NCBI GenBank assembly: GCA_963815195.1
Contig: CAWFGE010000008.1
Span: 416,001-480,000 of the forward strand
Direction of reading: 5' to 3'
Length of the DNA stretch: 64,000 nucleotides
Source of the DNA: an uncultured Planctomycetaceae bacterium
GTDB taxonomy: Bacteria > Planctomycetota > Planctomycetia > Planctomycetales > Planctomycetaceae
Below are positions 53,613 to 62,919 of this stretch, piece after piece (position 1 is the first letter of the stretch; the number at the start of each line of letters is the position of its first letter). The translations under genes were made by a program, and so were the position numbers. A model generated the notes under the pieces. It saw only the letters and a list, made by a program, of their open reading frames with translations. It ran no database searches and was not told where the DNA came from.

Positions 53613-55191
53613 ATGACGTCTTGCAAACTCAGGATCGAAATATGTCCGATGGCACAACTCCGCAACGTAAATTCGTGGTTTTTGTCAGTTCCGTGACAAC
53701 GGAATTCAGCAATCTCCGCGAAAAACTGTGGGAATCCATTTACAAGGCGGGGCACATCCCCGTGGTGCTCGAAAAATATTCGGCCGCGCTCGCCGACGTG
53801 CGAGAGTTCATTGCAAACGAAGTCGCCGATTCCGACATCTTTGTGTTTATTTTGGGGCGCGAATACGGACGCGGTTTTCAACCCGATCAGGCCTCGTTCA
53901 TCGATGCCGAGTTGCAACAAGCCGTTCGTTTGCAGATTCCGATCATTTTTTTGAAGGCGGATTACACAACTGCGCACGAAACGCCTTTGTCGCCCGAGCA
54001 ACAAAAAATCGAAGAACTCTATCATTCCCTGTTGGAGAAGGCGCAAAAGCATGCAACCCGAATCATTACGTTTTCGCCGGCAAAAGAGATCAACGCGGAA
54101 TTTGGCGATTTAAGGCAGAACTTTACGAACGCGCTTCACGACCTCGCAGGTTCGCTCCGGACCGGGGGGTGGGTTCCGGCTTCCTGGTTTGAACGAATGA
54201 GCGAACAGATCAGCCTCGGCTCAACCGTCAGCCAAAATCCGTTCTTCGAGCGTTTCGTGAGAAGGCTCGACTCGTTTCAGATTTTGTCTCGCCGCACAGT
54301 GACCTTCGGTGATCAAAAGGAAATGATTGCGAACTTCTTTTGGGACACGATGTTGCCGCGGCTGCCTGTATCCGGCGTGAGGCGGTTGTTTTTCGAGTCG
54401 GGTTCGACGATCGCTTATTTGTCGTATGAATTCGTCCAGCGTACGAAAAAGCCGTGGGTCCGGCATGGATCGACGAAACGGAGCTGGTCGTCAATACGAA
54501 TAACATCCTGACGTACCTGGATTTTGTGCTAGCCGACCCGTATGCCGATCCGATTGATTGCCGTTTGTGGCCTCCGGCACCCGCCGATACCTATTACGGC
54601 GCAACATTTGGGCGGTTGACCTCACTCATTGAGTTATGGCCCCCGGCGGAGCCGCGGGAATTGGCGAAGGATGCGGCCAAAGCGTTAAACGACATGGCCG
54701 ACGCCTTGGAATTTGGAGACGACACGTTGATCCTGATGACCGCATCGGGTTTGGACAACTCGACCGCGGGATTCCAAGGGCCGCATGTGGGAAGTTATTA
54801 CAATATGCTCATTAAGAAGTTCCTGTTGTCCAAAGACGTGCCGACAGCTCTTGTTTTGGAGGACGCCAAAGTCTTTAAGAGCTTCCATAAAGGAAAGTGT
54901 TTTGGCGTATGCGACGGTGGCGGACCCGATAACTGGGAAAGCATCTGCAAAACAAAGCCATTGGCGATCGTAACGTGCGCGTCGAAAGAGAATGCCGAGC
55001 AGCGCCAAGCGGACCTGCGGGACCTCACCTTTGAATTTCAGCATATCGAACCGTTGCCATCCATGCCGGATGATGTGGACGCTTCCGGGGATTTTTTTTG
55101 CATTCTGGCCGCGAATCAGCAGTTTGCGGAACGGTTCGAACTTGACGGAAAGATTAACACCGCGCCTCAAACAAACGCACGAAGAACGTGA
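53609..55191 (+). CDS. DUF4062 (TIR-like) domain fused to a DeoR C-terminal-like sugar-phosphate sensor domain; frameshifted near 54463
   Basis: VFVSSVTTEFSNLRE...EVADSDIFVFILGREYG...AELQQAVRLQIPII; then QKEMIA...LFFESGSTIAYL...LVVNTNNIL...ILMTASGLD...IKKFLL...LVLEDAKV. One G restored after CGG joins the two ORFs. ATGA overlap with the RyR gene. Confidence 0.72.
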
Positions 55192-55206
55192 AAGGGACGC
55201 ATCGAG

Positions 55207-56706
55207 ATGGTGACGTGGACTCTCAAGGCCCGCCGGCGATTGCGGAGCTTGATGGCGCGCCGGCTGTGCCCGCCTCGCGTGATCGGCGACTTAGAGGCCG
55301 AGGCGGCGGATCCCGATCCCGTTGTTCCAGAACGTGCCGCCCTGGCGGCTTTGATGAACGAGCGGCTGATGGAACTGGCACAGATCCTCGAAGAGGTCTT
55401 CGGGGAAGAGGCGCACGTCGTTGTGCAGGACGTGCTCTTGGGATACCGGCGGCACGAGGACCGCTACATTTTGCTCGTCGAGGTGTCGGGGGGAGATCGG
55501 CCGGGAGGGCACGTCGTCAAGATCGGCGCCTATCACGAACTCTTCCCGGAACTGGCCGCTTGGGAGTCGTGCAAGCCCGACGGCCTCGTCCACGATCTGG
55601 TGTTGTTGCCGCTCGAGTGCGGCTATGAGGCCGAGGGAGACGATCCAAATCGCCGAATGGCCCTCTTGTATGGAGCGGCTCATCAATTGATCGGCGTGGA
55701 GTCCATCACGACCTTCGAGGAAGCGGCCCTCACTTCGGTGCTCCACGGCTGGCCGATGTTGGAGTCGATCGGCGTCGTGTTGTGGGAATTGTACGAGCGG
55801 CTGGGGCATTTGCTGTATTACGTCCAATTCGAATACGACCCCGCCAAGGAATACGCGCGGGATCGCCGGAACCGCTATGTCCTTGAGATCGGGCACTTGG
55901 AAGAGAATCTTCGGCTGTGGCACACGGATCCGTTTCGCAACATTCAGCGGATCGTCAACGCGGCCCTCCAGAACCGAATGGGCGGCGGGCAGTTTATCAA
56001 CCCGGTGGATTATTTGGAGAAGACCGTTTTGCAGATCGTCAACTGGTTGAAGGAGGACGGCAAAGTTCACAGAAATGCCAGAGACAACGGACCCCGCCCC
56101 GAAGACCTTGTTCCCGGCATGATGCGCGGCTGCGCGCACGGCGACCTGCACGGGCGGAACATCCTCGTGGGACAGGTTCGCGGACGCGTGCTGTGGCCCA
56201 CGGTTTTCGATTACGAAGACATGGGACCGTGCAACTGGATCGGCTGGGATTTCGTCAAGATGGAAACCGAATTGAAAATCCGGGCCTATCCCAGTCTGTT
56301 CCTGGGGCCATTGTCGCTTCCCGAGAAAGACGGCCCCGAGGACGAGAGCGAAATTCACCCGCACTATGTCGAATCGATCGCGAACTTTGAACAGGAATTG
56401 GCGTCGGAAACCGAACGCTGCCATCAAAACAACCGCTGGCCGCGAGTCGCGGAAGCCGATTCCGCCGAGGCGAGGTTAAAGGCTGTGCTCTTGGAAATTC
56501 GGCACCGAGCCGCGATTCATCTCGGGGACAACTTCGGCCGCCCGAAACGCTGGTTGGAAGAGTATTACTTTTTGTTGGGCTGTTACGGGGTGTCCGTGGC
56601 CCGGTTCGGCAATTTGATCGACAAGCAAACCGCCGCGGCGATGATTTCCGCAGGCGTGGCGTTTGCCCGCCTCAACTGGCCGCGCACCTATTCGGGCGGC
56701 CGCTGA
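55207..56706 (+). CDS. Phosphotransferase/protein-kinase-like protein (APH-type fold)
   Basis: HVVKIG (beta-3 Lys), AHGDLHGRNILV catalytic loop, VFDYED and DFVKMETELK. Confidence 0.8.
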   Translation: MVTWTLKARRRLRSLMARRLCPPRVIGDLEAEAADPDPVVPERAALAALMNERLMELAQILEEVFGEEAHVVVQDVLLGYRRHEDRYILLVEVSGGDRPGGHVVKIGAYHELFPELAAWESCKPDGLVHDLVLLPLECGYEAEGDDPNRRMALLYGAAHQLIGVESITTFEEAALTSVLHGWPMLESIGVVLWELYERLGHLLYYVQFEYDPAKEYARDRRNRYVLEIGHLEENLRLWHTDPFRNIQRIVNAALQNRMGGGQFINPVDYLEKTVLQIVNWLKEDGKVHRNARDNGPRPEDLVPGMMRGCAHGDLHGRNILVGQVRGRVLWPTVFDYEDMGPCNWIGWDFVKMETELKIRAYPSLFLGPLSLPEKDGPEDESEIHPHYVESIANFEQELASETERCHQNNRWPRVAEADSAEARLKAVLLEIRHRAAIHLGDNFGRPKRWLEEYYFLLGCYGVSVARFGNLIDKQTAAAMISAGVAFARLNWPRTYSGGR

Positions 56707-57556
56707 TGGAATACGTTTTCAACGTGATCCCTTTCCCAAGTTTGATTTTGGAGAATCGATTGATGCCTGCGACCGCCGGCGAAGTGCTGGAGCATCTCTA
56801 TCCCGGATTTCAGTGGCCTTTGGAAATCGCCATCGGATGGTTGAGAGATGGCGATCCGCAAAAGTTGAAGGAAGCCATCGCGCTTTTGCGCGGCCTGAGG
56901 AAGAATTATCCCGATGCGCCGCAGGTCGGCCAGTGGCTGGTCCTGGCGCTGATTGAAAACCGCCAGCCCAAGGAGGCCGAAACGGTCCTCGATGAAACGG
57001 AGCGATTGTTTCGGTACCGCGATGAGGAACTCTTGTGCCGCTGGGGCCGGCTGTTTCGCGAGCAGGGGGATCAAAATCTCGCGGATGTGGCTGAGGATGA
57101 GACCAACCGCGAAACCGCGATCCTCCTTTACCGGAAGGCGCGGGACAAATACGAAGAGGCTGCGACAGTCCGGAAAGGGCATTACCCGCTGATCAACGTG
57201 GCCGAGTTGTCCCTCACCCTGGCCGGGCTCGTCGATGCCTCGCATCGCGAGGAAGAACTCGCCCGCGCGGAGACCGTCGCCCGCGCCTGCTCGAAACGCG
57301 GGACAAGTGGCCCGTGGACCTGCCCGACGACGAAGTCTGGCATTTGGCCACAGCGGCCCAATGCGAAATGATCCTCAAGGATTGGGAACGCGCCGCGGGG
57401 TTCTATCAACACGCCGCGCGCCACGTTCACTGCCGCGAACGAGACCGCAAGTCGATCCGCCAGGGATGCCGCCGCACGAAAGAAGCCTTCGGGCGGTTCG
57501 ATGTGACGGATTTCGGGCCGTTAAACGATGAGACGGCGGTGTTCGATTCCAATTGA
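56706..57556 (+). CDS. TPR protein resembling TPR-sensor / MAP3K TRAF-binding (DUF4071-type) helical domains; frameshifted near 57288
   Basis: EELLCRWGRLFRE...KARDKYEEA...HYPLINVAELSL...EVWHLATAAQCEMILKDWERAAGFYQHA. One C restored in GCCTG joins the two ORFs. TGATG overlap with the kinase gene. Confidence 0.68.
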
Positions 57557-57619
57557 CCGTCAAGCAGCCGAACGAAACAGCCGCTTGATGGGATTCGGAT
57601 TTCGCGTGGCCGATTAAGA

Positions 57620-57922
57620 TCAAGCGACCGAGCGGTTGTCTTCGGGAAGCAAGCGGTGCCGGAGTCGGATTTTCGCGTAGCGCTCCCCCTGGGCATCGTA
57701 GAAATAAACCATGTTGTGGTCGGATGCCCAAATCGCCCCCAGTCGGACGCTCCGCGGTCCTTTGAGGGAAAATTGAATCCCACAATCCCGCCCCCGCCGA
57801 AACAAGGGCATCTCCGTCATCGCAAACTGATCGGGCAGCAGGTTTTCCTTCTCGCAGAGCGTTTGATGAATGTACGACCGCAGTTGGTCCAAGTTCCGAA
57901 TCTCGTCCAGCGATTCATTCAT
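57620..57922 (-). CDS. Small hypothetical protein
   Basis: Natural-looking 100-aa globular sequence (CGIQFSLKGPRSVRLGAIW...YFYDAQGERY); no function recognised. Confidence 0.65.
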   Translation of the reverse strand: MNESLDEIRNLDQLRSYIHQTLCEKENLLPDQFAMTEMPLFRRGRDCGIQFSLKGPRSVRLGAIWASDHNMVYFYDAQGERYAKIRLRHRLLPEDNRSVA

Positions 57923-58140
57923 TGAGGGCCTCAACCTGTTCAATCACACAGAGGATTCACAGTCTGCCGACTTGGGACTCAACCTACCATCGGCGTGGGA
58001 GCACGCTCAATTTGGGGCAAAAACCCATCGGCGTCGCGAATCCTCCCAGCGGGCAAATCGGAGTAACCCGCACAAGCGGGAAAGTCGCCCTTCGCTCCGC
58101 GAAGGTAGCGCGAAATGGAGGAGATCATCAGTCGAACCGC

Positions 58141-59247
58141 TCAATCGTTCTTGAGAGGCGATTCGTCGAAGTGGATCGTCGTCTCTTCCGAGAGGCCGCT
58201 GCGGTCGCTGGGGGAAACGAATTCCTGAACTTTGCCGTGGAAGCCGTCTTCGATCTCCACGGTCTCCTCGTCGGAATCAAACGCCGACGTGTTTTCGTCG
58301 AGCTTCAAATACACAATCCCCGTGTCGACGCGCTCGAATCCTGCGGACTGCAAAACGGCGAGCGCTCCCGGGTTCGTTTCCGAGGCGTGCGCTTCCACCC
58401 GCGTGACCATTTCCTCCCGCATTCGCCGGCAGACTTCCAACAAGAGTGCCTGCCCGTAACCCCGGCGGCGCTGGTCTTCCTCCACCTTCAAATCGGTGAG
58501 GCCGATGGCTCGTTCCTGCCATTTCTCCAGATACAAATCGAGCCCGAGCACCGTGACTTCGGCCACGGCGTCGCCCCGGTCCTTGGGGACCAGCTGAAAC
58601 CGCACGGAATCCAGCCGCCCGAACCGCGTGATCCACCACCAGGACATTTCGTCCCGCTGGTGGGCGATGGCGAGTTGCATCTTGCGGCGGATGCCCACCA
58701 GCCGCATGTTGACGGGATCGTTTTGCTGCGAGATGTCCTTTTGAAAGACGGCATGCCGTTCGAACGGTTCGTAGCCGATGGTGCGGAAGAATTTGTCCGC
58801 ATCGGGATCGGACAGCAGGAACCCCGAGGGCTGGCTGCCGCCGTAGATTCCAAAATAGAATGGATCGAGAGGCTCGGCGGGGCCGGCGAAGATGTTCGTC
58901 GCCCCGCGGTCTTTCATGTATTCCTCGGCCCGGTCCACCAGTTCCGTGCCGATGCCTTGCCGGCGGTATTGGGGATGCACGAGGACCATGCAAATCACGC
59001 CGGATTCGAGCATCAGCCCGGTTTCGGTGTCGTTGGTTCCAAACCCCGCATGCACGAGGCCCACGACTTTGTCGTCGTCACAGGCGAGGATCAATCCCTT
59101 GAAATCGAAATAGGGCTGGGCGTAGTTCAGCGTCTCAAACGCGTCGCACCTTAAGCCGCCGGCGGCTCCGCGACCGAGTTGGCAGTCCCTCCACAGCCGG
59201 GTGATGTGAGGGGGGTCGGTATTGTGAAAGTGCCGATATTGGATCAC
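58141..59247 (-). CDS. Tandem GNAT acetyltransferase
   Basis: Two acetyl-CoA motifs: VHPQYRRQGIGTEL and VEEDQRRRGYGQAL. Confidence 0.88.
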   Translation of the reverse strand: MIQYRHFHNTDPPHITRLWRDCQLGRGAAGGLRCDAFETLNYAQPYFDFKGLILACDDDKVVGLVHAGFGTNDTETGLMLESGVICMVLVHPQYRRQGIGTELVDRAEEYMKDRGATNIFAGPAEPLDPFYFGIYGGSQPSGFLLSDPDADKFFRTIGYEPFERHAVFQKDISQQNDPVNMRLVGIRRKMQLAIAHQRDEMSWWWITRFGRLDSVRFQLVPKDRGDAVAEVTVLGLDLYLEKWQERAIGLTDLKVEEDQRRRGYGQALLLEVCRRMREEMVTRVEAHASETNPGALAVLQSAGFERVDTGIVYLKLDENTSAFDSDEETVEIEDGFHGKVQEFVSPSDRSGLSEETTIHFDESPLKND

Positions 59248-59486
59248 AAATCCGCTTCAGCCTGGGAACAAGGGATGAGAGTGGAGATTCGTTTGATGCG
59301 TGCGCCGACCTGAATCCATGAACCTCTCTGCCACGATACTGAATTTTTTTCGGGGGAGCTAGTGTTGTTTGCCGTTTTGGGGAAAACCCGCGGAGGAATT
59401 CCTGCGCAAACGGAATCGGCAAGATGGGGCGGTTGTTCCGCTCGTACTCCATCAGCGGGCTTACGCCGGCTGCTCGCCGGGACCCT

Positions 59487-60443
59487 TTACGGCAGCAAGG
59501 TTTTGGTGGCTTCGGCGACGGCTTCCGGGGTGAGGCCGTAGGTTTCGAGCAGACCGTCGGGATCCCCGCTCTCGGCGTAGCGGTCGCCCACGTTGACGAA
59601 CGCCATCGGCACCGGTCCCGTCTTGGCGGCGGACATCGCGACTGCCGCCCCCAAACCGCCCGCCGCCAGGTGCTCTTCCGCGACGACGATCCGCCCCGTT
59701 TCGCGGGCCGCCTTGGCGATCGCCTGGTCATCCAGGGGCTTGATGGTGTGCATGTCGATCACGCGGACCGAAACGCCTTGATCGGAGAGAAGTTTCGCCG
59801 CGTCGAGGGCCATCGAAACCATAATCCCGTTGGCGATGATCGTCACATCATCGCCTTCGCGAACGGTGTTGGCTTTGCCGATCTCGAAATTGCAGCCGTC
59901 GGGATAAATCACGGGCACCTTAGGCCGGCCCAGCCGGAGATAGCAGGGGCCTTCGTGGGCGAGCATGGCTTCGGTGGCTTTGCGGGTGGACTCGGCGTCG
60001 GCGGGGACCATTACGACCACGCCGGGCAGCGCACAGGCAAGGGCCACGTCTTCGATGCCCATCTGCGACGGCCCGTCTTCGCCGATGGAAATCCCCGCGT
60101 GCGAGCCGACGAGTTTGACGTTGAGGCCCGGAAACGCCACCGACATGCGAATCTGGTCAAAGGCGTTGCACATCAAAAAGCAGGCAAAGCTCGCGACCAC
60201 GGGGATCTTCCCCGAAGCGGCCAAACCGCCGGCCACGCTGACCATGTTGCTCTCCGCAATGCCCACATTGAACGCCCGGTCGGGATGGGCCAGCGCGAAC
60301 GGTTCGGTGCGGGTGGAGTTCCCCACGTCGCCGTCCACCGTCACCACATTGGGAAACTTGTCGCCCAACGCTTTGAGGGCATCTCCAAACGCATCGCGCG
60401 TGGCCTGCCCCATTTTCAATCCGCTCAATTCTCCGATGGCCAT
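59487..60443 (-). CDS. Transketolase C-terminal subunit
   Basis: ATRDAFG, NVGIAESNMV, GEDGPSQM, IDMHTIKPLD and EEHLAAGGLG. Confidence 0.92.
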   Translation of the reverse strand: MAIGELSGLKMGQATRDAFGDALKALGDKFPNVVTVDGDVGNSTRTEPFALAHPDRAFNVGIAESNMVSVAGGLAASGKIPVVASFACFLMCNAFDQIRMSVAFPGLNVKLVGSHAGISIGEDGPSQMGIEDVALACALPGVVVMVPADAESTRKATEAMLAHEGPCYLRLGRPKVPVIYPDGCNFEIGKANTVREGDDVTIIANGIMVSMALDAAKLLSDQGVSVRVIDMHTIKPLDDQAIAKAARETGRIVVAEEHLAAGGLGAAVAMSAAKTGPVPMAFVNVGDRYAESGDPDGLLETYGLTPEAVAEATKTLLP

Positions 60444-60547
60444 GATTCTGCTCTGTTTTATGGAAGGTGTGATGGTTTGAAATTGTCCCGTAGCGGCGGC
60501 TTTGAGCCGCCGAACGGTGGCAGGTTCGCGCCGCTACGATTTGTCCG

Positions 60548-61393
60548 CTACGAAGACAGCAACTGCAATGCTTTCTCCGCCATTTCGGGGGACAGGGGTT
60601 TGCCGTGGAAGTTAACGTCGCCGGCCGCTTCCAAAATGGGCAAAATGCCGAAGCCTTTTTTGGTTTGGGAAACGATGCACTTCGGGCGGTCTTTGACGCC
60701 CGCGGCGGTTTTGAGGGACTTCATCGCGGTTTCCATGTCGTTGCCGTTGACCGTTTGCGTATGCCAGCCGAAGGCTTCCAGCTTCGAGGCAAACGGCGTC
60801 AAATCCAGCACGTCCTTCGTGGCCCCGGTTTGCTGGTAGCCGTTCTGATCGATAATCGCGGTCAGATTGCCGAGTCGATATTTGTGGGCGGACGCGATGG
60901 CTTCCCAGACCTGGCCTTCGCCCATTTCGCCGTCGCCGATCATCACGTAAATCTGGGAATCCCGTTTGTCCAACCGGGCCGCAAGAGCCTGGCCTAAGCC
61001 GAGCGAAAGCCCTTGTCCCAACGATCCCGTGGAGGCTTCGATCCCCGGCAGCCGCTTCATGTTCGGATGCCCTTCCAAGGGGCTGCCCAGCTTGCGGAGC
61101 GTCATCAATTCTTCGGCGGAAAAATATCCGCGCTCGGCCATCGCGGCGTACAGCACAGGCACGGCGTGGCCTTTGCTGAGGATGAACCGGTCCCGCGCCG
61201 GGTCGGTCGGATTCTGGGGATCCAGCCGCAGAAAACCCCCGAAAAACAGCGAAGTGACCATTTCCGTGGCCGACAGGCTGCTGCTGGGGTGCCCGCTGCC
61301 GGCTTCGGTCGTCATGCGGATGATGTGCTTCCGGAGGGTGCGGGCTTTTTCCTTGAGTTCATCAATCGATAAGGTCGTCGCGGAAACTGACAC
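60548..61393 (-). CDS. Transketolase N-terminal subunit
   Basis: GSGHPSSSLS, DRFILSKGHA, STGSLGQGLS and GDGEMGEGQVWEA; GTG start inferred. Confidence 0.92.
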   Translation of the reverse strand: MSVSATTLSIDELKEKARTLRKHIIRMTTEAGSGHPSSSLSATEMVTSLFFGGFLRLDPQNPTDPARDRFILSKGHAVPVLYAAMAERGYFSAEELMTLRKLGSPLEGHPNMKRLPGIEASTGSLGQGLSLGLGQALAARLDKRDSQIYVMIGDGEMGEGQVWEAIASAHKYRLGNLTAIIDQNGYQQTGATKDVLDLTPFASKLEAFGWHTQTVNGNDMETAMKSLKTAAGVKDRPKCIVSQTKKGFGILPILEAAGDVNFHGKPLSPEMAEKALQLLSS

Positions 61394-61581
61394 GTCAAAG
61401 TCCTCTGAGGGGCTGCTACGAAAAATCTTTGCCAATCGGTGAACATGCTAACGATCTGGATTCCCGGTCGCAAGGAGCAGGCGTTTGGTTTATGATCCCA
61501 AATAGCGATCTGTGCGTTTCCTTCTTCGGGAGCTTCGCTCTTGACACTCCGCTTCCCCGTTGGCCGGTTTGAGGAGCCGCA

Positions 61582-61995
61582 ATGAACGACCAGCAGTTTA
61601 CACCCGCCCAGTTGTTGGGCTACGTCGACGAACTTTTGCCGGTGGAAATGATGACCGCCATCGAAACGGCGCTGCGGGAATCCGAAGCCCTCCGCCGGCA
61701 CGTGGGGCAGCTCATTCGCCGGCGAGACGCCGGGGAACATTCGGTGGGGCAAATCTGGCAGCGGCTCCGATTGAGCTGCCCAGACCGCGCGGAGTTGGGC
61801 AGTTACCTCTTGGGATCGTTGCCCGATGAGGAACTGGACTATATCGATTTCCACCTGCAAACCGCGGGCTGCCGATTTTGTGCCGCCAACCTGGAAGACT
61901 TGCGGGAATCCTCGCAATCGCCCGCCGGCTCAAAGCAACGGCGAAAGCGATTCTTCCAATCCTCCGCCGGCTATTTGCCCCGCGGCGAGGATTGA
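61582..61995 (+). CDS. Hypothetical protein with anti-sigma-like zinc-finger (HxxxxxCxxC) region
   Basis: [15 protein letters not shown]...[22 protein letters not shown]. Confidence 0.65.
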   Translation: MNDQQFTPAQLLGYVDELLPVEMMTAIETALRESEALRRHVGQLIRRRDAGEHSVGQIWQRLRLSCPDRAELGSYLLGSLPDEELDYIDFHLQTAGCRFCAANLEDLRESSQSPAGSKQRRKRFFQSSAGYLPRGED

Positions 61996-62089
61996 ATCCT
62001 TTCCCCTGCGATCCTGTCGATTCGGAACGTTTCCCTATTTCGAAGATAAGATTCATCCCCCGCGATCCTCGTTGATCTCAAAATATCTG

Positions 62090-62691
62090 ATGACTTCTAA
62101 AATGAAACGGCTCGGGCGGGTTTGTGTGTTTTGCGGGTCCAAAGCCGGGGAGGACCCGGCGTTTCGCGATGCGGCCCTTGAGTTGGGGCGGCGGCTTGTG
62201 GCTTCCGGGCTTGAATTGGTCTTTGGCGGCGGGAGCGTGGGGTTGATGGGCACGGTAGCCGATGCCGTCTTGGACGCGGGCGGGCATGTCATCGGCGTGA
62301 TCCCCGAAATGCTGGCCACCGTGGAGCTCCTGCATCCCCGCGTGCCGGACATGCGGCAGGTCGACAGCATGCACACCCGCAAAGCGACGATGGCCGAACT
62401 CTCCGACGCCTTCATCGCGCTCCCCGGCGGCTTCGGCACGCTGGAAGAGCTGTTCGAGATCATCACCTGGCGCAGCTCGGCATCCATCACAAACCCATCG
62501 GTCTGTTGAACACGGCGGGCTATTACGATCCCCTCGTCCAAATGGTGGAGCACATGATCTCTGCCGGCTTCATCAAGCCCCATAACCGCGACCTGTTCCT
62601 CGTGGAAAGCGAGCCGCAACCGCTCCTCGACCACCTTGCCAAACATGTCATGCCCCAAACGCCGCGGACGCTCCGCCCCGAAGAGACGTAG
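62090..62691 (+). CDS. LOG-family nucleotide phosphoribohydrolase, frameshifted near 62470
   Basis: [25 protein letters not shown] and [12 protein letters not shown]; one G restored gives [15 protein letters not shown]. Confidence 0.9.
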
Positions 62692-62919
62692 AATGGGCAG
62701 CGGTTGCTCTCGGGTGGCACGCCCTGAGTGCAGCGAAGGGCGTGGCGATCGGCACCGCGTGCTCTTGGTTCGTCAGATCCCCCGAAAACCGCAATGGTTG
62801 CAGCGCGGCGGGGGCGGGATTATCCTTGTCCCCGGATCCCTTCTTTTAAGCATCCCTTGCGAGCGCAGCCGCTCCTTTTCGACGTTCCGCCAAGTTTTTG
62901 ACTTTGACTGGAGAGCATC

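Noticed and set aside
62090..62691. LOG gene as part of the RyR/DUF4062 locus
   Set aside because: It lies 4.5 kb away beyond unrelated core genes and is the common housekeeping LOG type.
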